A program made the translations under genes and the position numbers. Source: Acidobacteriota bacterium (GTDB taxonomy: Bacteria; Acidobacteriota; Polarisedimenticolia; Polarisedimenticolales; JAIQFR01). From it: 64,000 nucleotides of DNA. Each line of letters starts with the position of its first letter. Positions within the stretch are counted from its first letter, which is position 1. The stretch spans positions 16,793-80,792 of the forward strand of contig JBGQAU010000002.1 of assembly GCA_041494445.1 (NCBI GenBank), read 5' to 3'. Positions 6,145 through 15,199 of this stretch are shown piece after piece. Under the pieces are notes generated by a model, which made no database searches, had not been told where the DNA came from, and was given only the letters and a program-made list of their open reading frames with translations.

Positions 6145-9100
6145 ATGTACGTAAGAAAGGGAACGCTTCTCATGAAAACTCTTGTTAAGGGTGCGCTCGC
6201 GCTCGTCGTTCCCCTGCTGCTGGCCGGGGGGACTTCCTGGGCGGTCCCGCAGTATCTCGATGACGGAGCCTTGCAGAACGCTCAGGGAGGATGGAACCTG
6301 CCGGCGCAGGGCAGCTGCCCCGAGGCGAGCAGCGCGCTGACCCGGCCGGATTGCCTGGCGGTGCGGCTCACGTCGTATACCACGAGGGGGACCTGCGTGC
6401 CGACGGGCAACATCACCCGCAGCTGGAGCACGGGCGTCTGCAACGACACGGCTCACAACGCGGACCTGGCCACCTGCGAGAACACGTTACCTCTGGGCAG
6501 CCGGAAGTTCAGTGCCGGGAGCCCGAATGTCTGCGCCATCGTGATGAAGGGCGACGACAGGAACAAGGCCGTGTGTACGGCCGTGTACGGGGGCACCTGG
6601 GTCACGGCGGGAGCCTGCATCCCGGCCTGGGTGATGCCCGATCGAACCCAGTACACGCCGAACCTCTTCTCCGGCGCGCTTTCGGGCCCCTCCGGCCCGG
6701 GAGACCAGTGCCTCCGCTGCCACAACAGCGTCACCGAGTACAACGGTCCGAGGGTCAGGGACGTCGAGTGGTTCCTGCGGACCGGCCACAAGAACATGGC
6801 CAGGAAAGTGACGCCGGCCGCGGCTGGAGCGGGCCTGCCGTGGGCGGGCCCGGCCTACGCGTGCAGTCTGCCGGGCTTCAACGACATGACGAGCTGCGAG
6901 CTGCACGGCGGGACCTGGGATGCGGCACTGGTCACCTATCCTTCCGACGACAGCGCCGACCCGATCGATTGGCCGAACGGCAAGATCGGCTTCTGCAGCA
7001 ATACGGCTTACAAGACGCAGGCGACGTGCGTCGCCGCCGCCGGGACGTGGACCTGGTACACCCTGAAGTGGATCTATGGCGACTGGCTCAGCTCGCTGCC
7101 CAGGGCGATCTTCGCCGCGCCTCCCAGCTTCGGGAACGCGTCCTCGCCGAATACCTGCGTCGATCCGAGATCCGGGCTTTGCAGCCTCTCCCAGTACATC
7201 ACCCAGGCGACCTGCGAAGCCAATGCCGGCGTCTGGACTTCGAATGGCACCCAGGCGGGGTGCGAAACCAATAACGGCGCGGGCAGCTGGGTGGCGAAGC
7301 CGGGCGCCTCGTACTCCTGCGGGCGGTGCCACACCACCGGCTGGACCAGCGATTCCGTGGTCAACATCGCGAAGGAGCCCGAGAAGTCGTTTTCCGGCAT
7401 CGTTTGGAGTCGGCTGGGCGCTCCCACCGACGGCAAAGTGGACACCGCAGGGGCCGTCGCCGGCGATCCCAACAAGTCCTCCTCGTGGGACGTCTGGGGC
7501 ATCAGCTGCACCCGTTGCCACAACTCCGTGGTCGAGAACACGAGCGGAGTTTGCACTCCCCCCGGCACCGCCGCGGTGCAGTCGAGCCTCGTGACGCAGG
7601 CCCTCTGCGAGGCTGCCGGAGGCACGTGGAGCGCGGGCCCGCCCTATGCGGCGCCTGTCGGATTGTCGAGCCATCACAACGCGATGACGTCGGCCGACGC
7701 CTCCAGCGGAGGCTACTGCAGCGACATGACGCTCGGCAGCCTGACCAAGGAGCAGTGCGAATTCAAGGGCGGCACCTGGTACGCCGTGAATTGCAGCGAT
7801 CCGGTCTGGCCGTCGGCGCGACAGTGCCTGGACACCAGCGGCTGCAGCAATCACCTTTCGGTGTTCACCACGTCGGCGCTCTGCACGGGCGGCGTGTGCA
7901 GCGCCAACACCAGCTCGGCGACCTACGCGACGCCGGCAGATTGCGCGACGAACGGGGGCTTCTGGTACGAGCCCGGGACGTGCAGCAACCCGTTCTACTT
8001 CTCACAGGCCACGTGCACCGCCGCCGGCGGAGCCTGGGCGGCCAACACGTGGAACGCGAAGACCCCCGGAACCTGGAACGCCTCGTCGTGCAGCATCGGG
8101 GGCGGCACGTGCACGGCTCCGCAGTACGTCACCAGCGGCGACTGCACGGGTCACAGCGGAACGTGGAGCAGCAGCGGCAGCGGCTCCTGCTCGTTCCCCG
8201 CGTACACCACGCCGTCGGACTGCCAGTCGCATTCCGGCGCGTGGTCCGCCACCTGGAGCGACAACCTCCAGTGCATGGACGCGGGGGTCTGCAGTGACGT
8301 AACGAAGACGAACCAGATCGCGTGTCTGGCGGTGACTGGAAACACCTGGACCAACGGCAAATGGACCGGCACCAGGACCCGGCGAGGCCAGATGATCACG
8401 TCGGTCTGCATGAACTGCCACCGGCAGGAGACGGGCGGCAAGCCGTACGACAACGCCAGCGCCAACCCGGGGACGGAGGCCACGGTCAATCCGGGACTCT
8501 ATCTCAAGGCCGGGGCCGCCCACGGGACGTTCTCGTTCGTGAGCCACCCGCACGGCAACCAGTTCCTGAACAGCCCGCACGGGCAGTTCACCGGCACCTT
8601 CAACCAGATCGGAACCGCGACCTACGGCAACGGCTACGGCAGCTACTTCCAGAATGACGGCGAGGCGGCCAACACCGGCAACGGCTGCACCGGCTGCCAC
8701 GACGTGCACAAGAGCGTGGTGGAAGAAGCCTTCGAGCCGGCCCCCGGCCAAGAAGGCGCGATCAAGGAGGAGTGCACGGCCTGCCACAAGAAGAATCTGG
8801 CCGGGCTGCTGCACCCCGGCGGCGTGGGCACGCCGCTCGAGGAGATGGAGTCCGAGCCTGCCGACGCGTGCGTGAGCTGTCACATGCCCGACGGCATGCA
8901 CCTCTACCGGATCAAGGCGGATGCCGGGTACACCACGTTCCCGACGGCCGCGATCACGGCCACCACCGCGGCCCAGTGCACGGCCGCCGGCGGCACCTGG
9001 TCCAGCTCGAGCAGCAGCTGCACCGTCAACGCCAACATCTCGCCGGACGGCTCGTTCACGCGGGCGGTCTGGGTGGACATGGACCACGCGTGCGGCCAGT

Positions 9101-10287
9101 GCCACGGCGGCGGCACCGCGCAGGCGAGCACCACGGGCAGCACGAGCACCAGCACCGCGAGCGTCACCGTCACGACCTCCGCCGGCTTCCTGCCCGGCGA
9201 GAGAGTCAGGATTGCGGACGCCGGCGCCCTCGACTACGACGATCAGGGTCTCGGCAGGGGCGATCTCGACAGCTACATCGCCGCTGTGCCGGACGCCACG
9301 CACATCACTCTGGTCGCCAAGCCATCCTTGGCGGTCAGCGGAAAGAGCGTGGTGCAGAACCCCACCAAGAACGGCGCGGGCTACATGACCAGGACCCAAC
9401 TCGGCGCCCTCGCGGAAGGGATGCACAACGACCAGCCGAGCGTTTCGTTTGTCTATTCGCTCGGCAATCCCAACACGCAGGTCGTCAACCTGGACGCGTC
9501 GGCTTCGATGTGCAGCGGGAGCACCGCGGCCTGCGACGCATACGAGTGGGACTGCGGCTCCGACGGGACGCTTACGGCCCCGGCGTATCCGGAGAAGGCC
9601 ATCACCGCCACCTGCACGTACGCCACCGCGGGCACCAAGACGATCACCCTCACCGTGGAGCAGTACGGGGTGAACGGCGCCTCCACCAGCCGGCTCGTGA
9701 ACACGTACCCGTACGTTCCTGCGCCCGTGGTCGGGGGCACCTGCTCGTTCGGGGACGGGACCACCGAGAACACTTGGACCGCGACCGTCACCGACACCTC
9801 GACATCCGCTTCGAAGGTGACCGTGGGTTGGGGCGACAACACCCCGCTCACCAGCGACTTCACGAGCCCCTTCGGACCGTTCACGCACACCTACACGACC
9901 GCGGGCACCTACACGATCACCCACAAGGCGTACAACTCCAGGGGAGAGTCGAGCACCGAGACGTGCCAGGGGATCCTGGGGTACTTCCGGATCGCCGGCA
10001 CCGTGTTCAGGACCGGCGGGGTCCTGCCGGTGGCGTACGCGAGCGTCGAGGTGAAGCAGGGCGCAACCTTCACGGGATCGACCGTCAGAACGGTCATGAC
10101 GGCGGGGGACGGCACGTACACCATCGCGAACCTCAAGCCGGGTGCGTACAGTCTCCGCGCCCGTAAGAGCGGGTCCACGCTCACGTTCTCCGACGTGCTG
10201 AATGTCACGATCGGACCGAGCGGCACCGTCGACTTCACCGCGACAGGCGGGAGCAAGGCGGGAATGGGCAAGCCGTTGGCCCAGTAG
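6145..10287 (+). CDS. giant secreted multihaem cytochrome c (8 CXXCH) with Cys/Trp-rich repeats, two PKD-like modules and a carboxypeptidase-regulatory-like C-terminal domain
   Basis: SD GGGAGGAGG lies 9 nt upstream of ATG 6145 (alternative ATG at 6172). Signal peptide ...LLLAGGTSWA. Haem motifs are CLRCH, CGRCH, CTRCH, CMNCH, CTGCH, CTACH, CVSCH and CGQCH. PKD-like signatures are TYATAGTKTITLTV and HTYTTAGTYTITHKAYN. The C-terminus reads GTVF...DGTYTIANLKPGAYSLRA. Confidence 0.85.
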   Translation: MYVRKGTLLMKTLVKGALALVVPLLLAGGTSWAVPQYLDDGALQNAQGGWNLPAQGSCPEASSALTRPDCLAVRLTSYTTRGTCVPTGNITRSWSTGVCNDTAHNADLATCENTLPLGSRKFSAGSPNVCAIVMKGDDRNKAVCTAVYGGTWVTAGACIPAWVMPDRTQYTPNLFSGALSGPSGPGDQCLRCHNSVTEYNGPRVRDVEWFLRTGHKNMARKVTPAAAGAGLPWAGPAYACSLPGFNDMTSCELHGGTWDAALVTYPSDDSADPIDWPNGKIGFCSNTAYKTQATCVAAAGTWTWYTLKWIYGDWLSSLPRAIFAAPPSFGNASSPNTCVDPRSGLCSLSQYITQATCEANAGVWTSNGTQAGCETNNGAGSWVAKPGASYSCGRCHTTGWTSDSVVNIAKEPEKSFSGIVWSRLGAPTDGKVDTAGAVAGDPNKSSSWDVWGISCTRCHNSVVENTSGVCTPPGTAAVQSSLVTQALCEAAGGTWSAGPPYAAPVGLSSHHNAMTSADASSGGYCSDMTLGSLTKEQCEFKGGTWYAVNCSDPVWPSARQCLDTSGCSNHLSVFTTSALCTGGVCSANTSSATYATPADCATNGGFWYEPGTCSNPFYFSQATCTAAGGAWAANTWNAKTPGTWNASSCSIGGGTCTAPQYVTSGDCTGHSGTWSSSGSGSCSFPAYTTPSDCQSHSGAWSATWSDNLQCMDAGVCSDVTKTNQIACLAVTGNTWTNGKWTGTRTRRGQMITSVCMNCHRQETGGKPYDNASANPGTEATVNPGLYLKAGAAHGTFSFVSHPHGNQFLNSPHGQFTGTFNQIGTATYGNGYGSYFQNDGEAANTGNGCTGCHDVHKSVVEEAFEPAPGQEGAIKEECTACHKKNLAGLLHPGGVGTPLEEMESEPADACVSCHMPDGMHLYRIKADAGYTTFPTAAITATTAAQCTAAGGTWSSSSSSCTVNANISPDGSFTRAVWVDMDHACGQCHGGGTAQASTTGSTSTSTASVTVTTSAGFLPGERVRIADAGALDYDDQGLGRGDLDSYIAAVPDATHITLVAKPSLAVSGKSVVQNPTKNGAGYMTRTQLGALAEGMHNDQPSVSFVYSLGNPNTQVVNLDASASMCSGSTAACDAYEWDCGSDGTLTAPAYPEKAITATCTYATAGTKTITLTVEQYGVNGASTSRLVNTYPYVPAPVVGGTCSFGDGTTENTWTATVTDTSTSASKVTVGWGDNTPLTSDFTSPFGPFTHTYTTAGTYTITHKAYNSRGESSTETCQGILGYFRIAGTVFRTGGVLPVAYASVEVKQGATFTGSTVRTVMTAGDGTYTIANLKPGAYSLRARKSGSTLTFSDVLNVTIGPSGTVDFTATGGSKAGMGKPLAQ

Positions 10288-10351
10288 GCTTCCTGAACGG
10301 CCAAGAAGGGAATCCAAGAGAATGCGAACCCAGGAGATCCTCGGAGGAAAC

Positions 10352-11197
10352 ATGAAGAAGTTGACTCAAGGCGCGCTGATCGTCGCTCTTGGACTGTTCG
10401 CCGTGTCCTTCGCCTCGGCCTACACAGGAAACGCCGTGCCGGGCTCGGGAATCAACGGAACGGTCCACGATCTCAATCGAACGGACACGGGGATGGGCTA
10501 CACGGCAAATCCGGAGGATCCTCTCACCAGGATATGCATCTTCTGCCATGCCCCGCACCACACATACAGGCTGCTCCCGCAGAACGGCGGAAGCTTCACG
10601 GGTAGCGGTCCGACGGACCCGGCCCCGGACGTGTACGACTACCTGCCGCTGTGGAACCACGAGCTCACGATGAACTACACGCAGTACACGATGTACGTGA
10701 ACGGCGTCGGCGCCCCCACGATCGGCCCCAAGGCCTTGCAGGCCAGGGGCGACATGATCCCGGGAAGCGCCTCCCTGCTGTGCCTGAGCTGTCACGACGG
10801 AAGCGTTGCCGTCAACTCGTACGGCAATCCTTCTCAGGTGACGCCCACGAACCACTCGGTCAGCACCGGCAACAAGTTCATCGGGCAGACCTCGCCGTAC
10901 CTCATCGGCAAGGACAACTACCTCGGGAACCACCACCCCATCGGGTTCGACTACGACCAGGTGCAGGCCGGGGACAACGAGATCCGGCCCGCGGACGATG
11001 CCGACCTGGGTGGGGCCGGCAAGGTGCGGGATCACCTGTACGGTCCGGGGAACACGCGGATGGAGTGCGCGACCTGCCATGCCGTCCACAACAAGCAGAA
11101 CACGGGAGAAGCCCTGCTGTGGAGGAGTGATCAGGACAGCAGGCTCTGCCTCACCTGCCACGACAAGGGCACGAATCCGGGACCCACGATTCCGTAA
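10352..11197 (+). CDS. secreted tetrahaem cytochrome c (doubled-CXXCH type)
   Basis: SD GGAGG and signal peptide MKKLTQGALIVALGLFAVSFASA. Haem motifs are CIFCHAPH, CLSCHDG, CATCH and CLTCH. The N-terminal HDL...C-F-CH-PH...PLWN...CLSCHDG pattern is shared with the 16251 gene. Confidence 0.85.
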   Translation: MKKLTQGALIVALGLFAVSFASAYTGNAVPGSGINGTVHDLNRTDTGMGYTANPEDPLTRICIFCHAPHHTYRLLPQNGGSFTGSGPTDPAPDVYDYLPLWNHELTMNYTQYTMYVNGVGAPTIGPKALQARGDMIPGSASLLCLSCHDGSVAVNSYGNPSQVTPTNHSVSTGNKFIGQTSPYLIGKDNYLGNHHPIGFDYDQVQAGDNEIRPADDADLGGAGKVRDHLYGPGNTRMECATCHAVHNKQNTGEALLWRSDQDSRLCLTCHDKGTNPGPTIP

Positions 11198-11220
11198 CGC
11201 ACGATCGGTCGACGTTCGAC

Positions 11221-11260
11221 GAGAGGGGAATGGGAGCCATTCCCCTCTCGTCGTTCTTCC
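11221..11260 (+). terminator. candidate intrinsic terminator
   Basis: Perfect 13-bp stem GAGAGGGGAATGG/CCATTCCCCTCTC with a 3-nt loop, followed by the T-containing GTCGTTCTTCC. Lies 24 nt after the stop. Confidence 0.5.
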
Positions 11261-11416
11261 GCGGCTCCTCGCGCTCTCCCCCCGCGCCCGCGCGATGATA
11301 AGATGCGGCCTGCTTTCGGCTTTCCGGGATGGTCGGGTCCGTGGGGCACGGTCCTGATGGGACACGGAACGCTCTCCCCGCTTCGTGCTCGGGGTGTTCG
11401 CGGACGGGACGGGTCC

Positions 11417-12553
11417 ATGTCGAATGCTCTCAGGGGCATGGCTTGCGCCGCTCTGGCGCTCCTGGCGGCGGCGTGCGCCGCGCCCGTCAGGAAGAAGGAA
11501 GCCGGGGTGTTCTTCCCGCCCGCGCCCGAGCTTCCCCGGCTTCAATACCTGATCTCCTTCAGCGGCCTCAAGGACATCGAGCGGCAATCCGCGTTCGACC
11601 GTTTCGTGGTGGGCGAGACGCAGGACGTGAAGCTCGAGAAGCCTTACGGCGTCGCGGTCCACGAAGGGAAGATCTACGTTTGCGACACCAACGCGACGGT
11701 CGTCGTCTTCGACCTGGTGGGCAAGACCTTCCGGACCCTGAAGGGTGCGGTCGGCCCGGGAAAGCTGATCCAGCCGATCAACATCAGCATCGATGTCGAC
11801 GGCACCAAGTACGTGGCGGATCCGGTCCGCGGCCAGGTCGTGGCCTTCGACCGGAACGACGAGTACCTGAAGGCCTACGGGGCCCCCGGGGACTGGAAGC
11901 CCGTGGACGCGGTCCCGTTCGAGGACAGGCTCTACGTCGCCGACGTCGAGCACGGGATGGTCAAGGTCTTCGACAAGGGCAGCGGGGAGTCGCTCAAGAC
12001 CATCGGCGCCACGGGGGAGCCTTCCGAGCGGCTCGACCGCCCGACGAATCTGGCTTTCGACCGGGAGGGCTACCTCTACGTCACGGACGCCGGAAGATTC
12101 CAGGTGGTCAAGTTCGACCGGGATGGTCACTTCAAGTCGACGTTCGGGAAGGTCGGGGACAACCTGGGACACTTCGCGAGACCCAAGGGGATCGCTCTCG
12201 ATCGGGAAGGCCGCCTCTACGCGGTGGACGCCTCCTTCAACAACGTGCAGATCTTCAATAAGGATGGGCGGCTCCTGATGTTCTTCGGGGAGAGCGGGGA
12301 CAAGCCGGGTGGCTTCCTGCTGCCCGCGAAAGTCGCGATCGACTACGACAACCTGCAGTACTTCAAGGGCTACGTCGAACCCGACTTCCAGCCGGACTAC
12401 CTGGTTTTCGTGACAAGCCAGTTCGGAAGCCGCCTGGTCAACGTCCTGGCGTACGGGCGGGCCAAGGGGAAGAAGTATCCGACCGATGCGGAGATCCTGA
12501 AGTTGTTCGAGGAGCGGCGGAAGACGGAGCTTGAGAAACTGCAGAAGCAGTGA
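11417..12553 (+). CDS. NHL-repeat beta-propeller lipoprotein 1
   Basis: Lipobox LLAAAC. Repeated motifs such as YGVAVHEGKIYVCD, PINISIDVDGTKYVAD, PTNLAFDREGYLYVTD and [16 protein letters not shown] are typical of NHL blades. Confidence 0.85.
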   Translation: MSNALRGMACAALALLAAACAAPVRKKEAGVFFPPAPELPRLQYLISFSGLKDIERQSAFDRFVVGETQDVKLEKPYGVAVHEGKIYVCDTNATVVVFDLVGKTFRTLKGAVGPGKLIQPINISIDVDGTKYVADPVRGQVVAFDRNDEYLKAYGAPGDWKPVDAVPFEDRLYVADVEHGMVKVFDKGSGESLKTIGATGEPSERLDRPTNLAFDREGYLYVTDAGRFQVVKFDRDGHFKSTFGKVGDNLGHFARPKGIALDREGRLYAVDASFNNVQIFNKDGRLLMFFGESGDKPGGFLLPAKVAIDYDNLQYFKGYVEPDFQPDYLVFVTSQFGSRLVNVLAYGRAKGKKYPTDAEILKLFEERRKTELEKLQKQ

Positions 12554-12590
12554 GCCGCGGGGGAGCGCTGCCATCGCCGGCCGGGAGTCG

Positions 12591-13127
12591 ATGAAGGCGT
12601 GGATGATCGTGGTGTGCGTCTCGGTCGTCGCCGCGCAGTCCATGGGCTGCGGCGCGGCGGAGCGCCGCAGGGTCCTCACGTTCCTGTTCGACGGGGTGCC
12701 GCCGCCCAAGGCGGCCGAGGCGCCGGACGCCGGACAGCAGGAGATCCGGCCGGACGCCGGCCGGTCGAGAGACGTTGGCTACAGGGAACATGGCCCCTAC
12801 GCGGCGAGACAGTGCGGTGCGTGCCACCAGCCGGGAGCTGCCAACGCCCTCGTGGCGCCGAAAGAGAGTCTCTGTCTCCGGTGCCACGAGATCAAGCTGG
12901 ACAAGAAGTACGTCCACGGTCCCCTCGCCTCGGGCGGTTGCCTGTCGTGCCACGACCCCCATAGCTCCCAGTACCGCTACCTCCTCGTGTCCGAGTCCGA
13001 TGGCTTCTGCGTGAATTGCCACGACCCACAGGCGATCGCACGGATCGCCGCGCACGGAGGGTCCCAGGAGAACTGCACGACGTGTCATGACGCCCACCTG
13101 TCCGACACGAAGTACCTGCTGAAATAG
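12591..13127 (+). CDS. pentahaem c-type cytochrome lipoprotein (c7/c3-like modules)
   Basis: Lipobox AQSMGC. Haem motifs are CGACH, CLRCH, CLSCHDPH, CVNCH and CTTCHDAH. Confidence 0.85.
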   Translation: MKAWMIVVCVSVVAAQSMGCGAAERRRVLTFLFDGVPPPKAAEAPDAGQQEIRPDAGRSRDVGYREHGPYAARQCGACHQPGAANALVAPKESLCLRCHEIKLDKKYVHGPLASGGCLSCHDPHSSQYRYLLVSESDGFCVNCHDPQAIARIAAHGGSQENCTTCHDAHLSDTKYLLK

Positions 13128-13142
13128 GAACGGAGACCCGGC

Positions 13143-15176
13143 TTGCGCCCCAAGGCCATCCTCGTTCTCCTGGCGGTCGCGGGCTCCGCACTCTCCCTGA
13201 CCCTCGCCGACCTGAGCGTCTTCGTTCCGAAGTCGGTCGGAAGCGGCGCGTACCTCGATCTGTTCGGCTCGTTCGAGGAAGACGACAGCCGCAGCAGCTC
13301 GCGAACGTTCGGGTGGACCGACACCTTCGTCAAGGAGAAGCTCACTCTCTACTCGAACGGCTACCTCTATCACCCGCGTTTCCTGCAGTACCGGCTCTCC
13401 GTCGCCGGGGCCCTCAAACAGGAGAAGTACCAGCCCTCCTACTATGACAGGCCCCTGGGATGGCAGCGAGCCTCGGGCATCGAGTACGACGGAAAGCTCC
13501 TGTTCCTGGCCGACCATCCCTACACCCTGGAGTTGTTCGCCTCCCGCTACGAGCCCCTCTTCAAGGACGAAGCGGCGACGCGGCACAACAGCGTCGCGAC
13601 CCGGCAGGGCGGTCTCTTCCGGTACCGCAGGAGACCGTACCTGTTCCGGGCCGACTTCTCCAAAGGCACCAACCGGTCGGCCTCGTCGTACTCCGAGGTC
13701 ACCCGGTTCGGCGTGGACGGCGAGTATCTCAAGCAATACAGGAACGGAAACCAGTTCTCCCTGCGCGCCGGTTACACCCCCTCGCGGTTCGCCAGCTCCT
13801 CGGGAGTGGAGGGTCATTCTACGGAATCGCTCTTCAGCAGCTTCGTGGACCTGCAGCGGGCGCGGTTGGAGTCTGGCGTGACCAGAAACTCGCGCGATCA
13901 GGAGGACCGGGTGTCGGGGAGGTTCGAGAGCGACCAGTTCGCATGGTACGAGCGTCTGAGCGCGTACCTGCCGCTGAACCTGAGGAGCGACATCTCCTAC
14001 CGCTATCAGAACAACGAGAACACGTTCCCCGGCGAGGATGCTTCGGGCCGCCACAAGCTGTCGGACATCGGCAAGGACCTTGAACTCAATATCGATCACA
14101 GGCTCTACCAGAGCCTGGTCTCCCGATACACCTTCTTCGATAGATCGAGGGAGTCCTCGGGTGGCGATTCGTCGTTCACGTCCCACGCCCTGGCCTTCGA
14201 CTACAACAAGACGATTCCGCGGGGCAAGATCCTGGCGGCGTTGAGCTTCTCCCGGGGCGACTCGGACAACCGGGGCCGCGCGGACGTCGTGGACGAGCTG
14301 CACGCGGCAGCTGTCGGTGGGGCGTTCAGCCTCGGCCGGCAGAACGTGGAGCCGCTGAGCCTGGTCGTCTTCCTCAAGTCGCCCCTGCCGCCGTTCCAGA
14401 CGGTTCGCCTGGAGAAGAACGTTGACTACGTGGTGGCGCCGCTCCTGAACACGCTCGAGATCAGCGTGCTCCGTGTGCCGCCGGAATTCGAGGTGGCGGG
14501 GACGACGGACTACGACTTCCTGGTCTCCTATTCCCTCACCACCGACCGGTTCGAGCTCCGGACCGAAACGGTCGCGCACAGCGCGAGCGTCGAGCTGCTC
14601 GACAACCAGCTGACCCCGTACTACAGCTACGTGGCGGTCCGATCCACGACGCTCTCCGGGGTCCTCCCGGGCGGCCCTCTCGACTCCACGACCTACACGA
14701 CGGGCCTTAGATTCCAGAGCGGGCCGCTGCGAGGGCTGGGGGAATTTCAGTACCTGAAATGGGACGTCAGTCCCTACAGGGCCTGGAGGGTAGAGGTCCA
14801 GTACGTCGGCCCGCTGAACCCGACCACCACCGTCTACGGGACCGTGTCGTACCTGAATAAGCGGTATCCCCAAGGCACGTCCCTGCAGCTGCGCGAGGCC
14901 TACACGGACGAGAGGGAGTCCGTCACCGGCAGCCTCCGGAAGCAGCTCTCTCCGCGGGGTCTGATGCTGTCCGCGGGGGGTTCCGTTTCGCGATGGCAGG
15001 GGCGGATCCGTAGCGACGCCTACGCGCTGAACTCCTCCTTGGACTGGAAGATCGGGAAGCTGGCGCTCAGCGCCGGCGCGAGCGCGTACCTGTCCCAAAC
15101 GGAGGACGGCGTCATCCTGTCGAACCGGCGCTTCCATCAGTACTATTACGTGAGCGCCCGGAGAGAGCTGTTCTAG
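13143..15176 (+). CDS. predicted outer-membrane beta-barrel protein (candidate porin of a porin-cytochrome complex)
   Basis: Signal-peptide-like N-terminus. Alternating hydrophobic/polar strand pattern rich in Y, R, S and G throughout. C-terminal ...YYYVSARRELF ends in Phe. The start is a TTG with GGAG 6 nt upstream, so it is uncertain. Confidence 0.65.
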   Translation: MRPKAILVLLAVAGSALSLTLADLSVFVPKSVGSGAYLDLFGSFEEDDSRSSSRTFGWTDTFVKEKLTLYSNGYLYHPRFLQYRLSVAGALKQEKYQPSYYDRPLGWQRASGIEYDGKLLFLADHPYTLELFASRYEPLFKDEAATRHNSVATRQGGLFRYRRRPYLFRADFSKGTNRSASSYSEVTRFGVDGEYLKQYRNGNQFSLRAGYTPSRFASSSGVEGHSTESLFSSFVDLQRARLESGVTRNSRDQEDRVSGRFESDQFAWYERLSAYLPLNLRSDISYRYQNNENTFPGEDASGRHKLSDIGKDLELNIDHRLYQSLVSRYTFFDRSRESSGGDSSFTSHALAFDYNKTIPRGKILAALSFSRGDSDNRGRADVVDELHAAAVGGAFSLGRQNVEPLSLVVFLKSPLPPFQTVRLEKNVDYVVAPLLNTLEISVLRVPPEFEVAGTTDYDFLVSYSLTTDRFELRTETVAHSASVELLDNQLTPYYSYVAVRSTTLSGVLPGGPLDSTTYTTGLRFQSGPLRGLGEFQYLKWDVSPYRAWRVEVQYVGPLNPTTTVYGTVSYLNKRYPQGTSLQLREAYTDERESVTGSLRKQLSPRGLMLSAGGSVSRWQGRIRSDAYALNSSLDWKIGKLALSAGASAYLSQTEDGVILSNRRFHQYYYVSARRELF

Positions 15177-15199
15177 GGGGCCGAAAGGAGAGCGCCAGG

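Noticed and set aside
5799-6456. Minus-strand ORFs 5799..6173, 5891..6139 and 5980..6456 in the archease/cytochrome intergenic region
   Set aside because: They have no RBS or motif support, overlap the start of the giant cytochrome gene and its likely promoter region, and show no coding-like composition in the AT-richer patch.
8002-10353. 783-aa minus-strand ORF, plus alternative plus-strand frames (6291..7274, 7326..8297, 8772..10166) inside the giant cytochrome gene
   Set aside because: Only the 6094/6145..10287 frame yields a signal peptide, CXXCH motifs, PKD-like modules and the Cys/Trp repeats. The others are Arg/Gly-rich artefacts.
10235-15137. Two very long minus-strand ORFs (10235..12709, 824 aa; 12438..15137, 899 aa)
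   Set aside because: They lie antisense to the tetrahaem cytochrome, NHL, pentahaem and barrel genes, all of which have signal peptides and clear motifs. The translations are compositionally biased and carry no recognisable domain.
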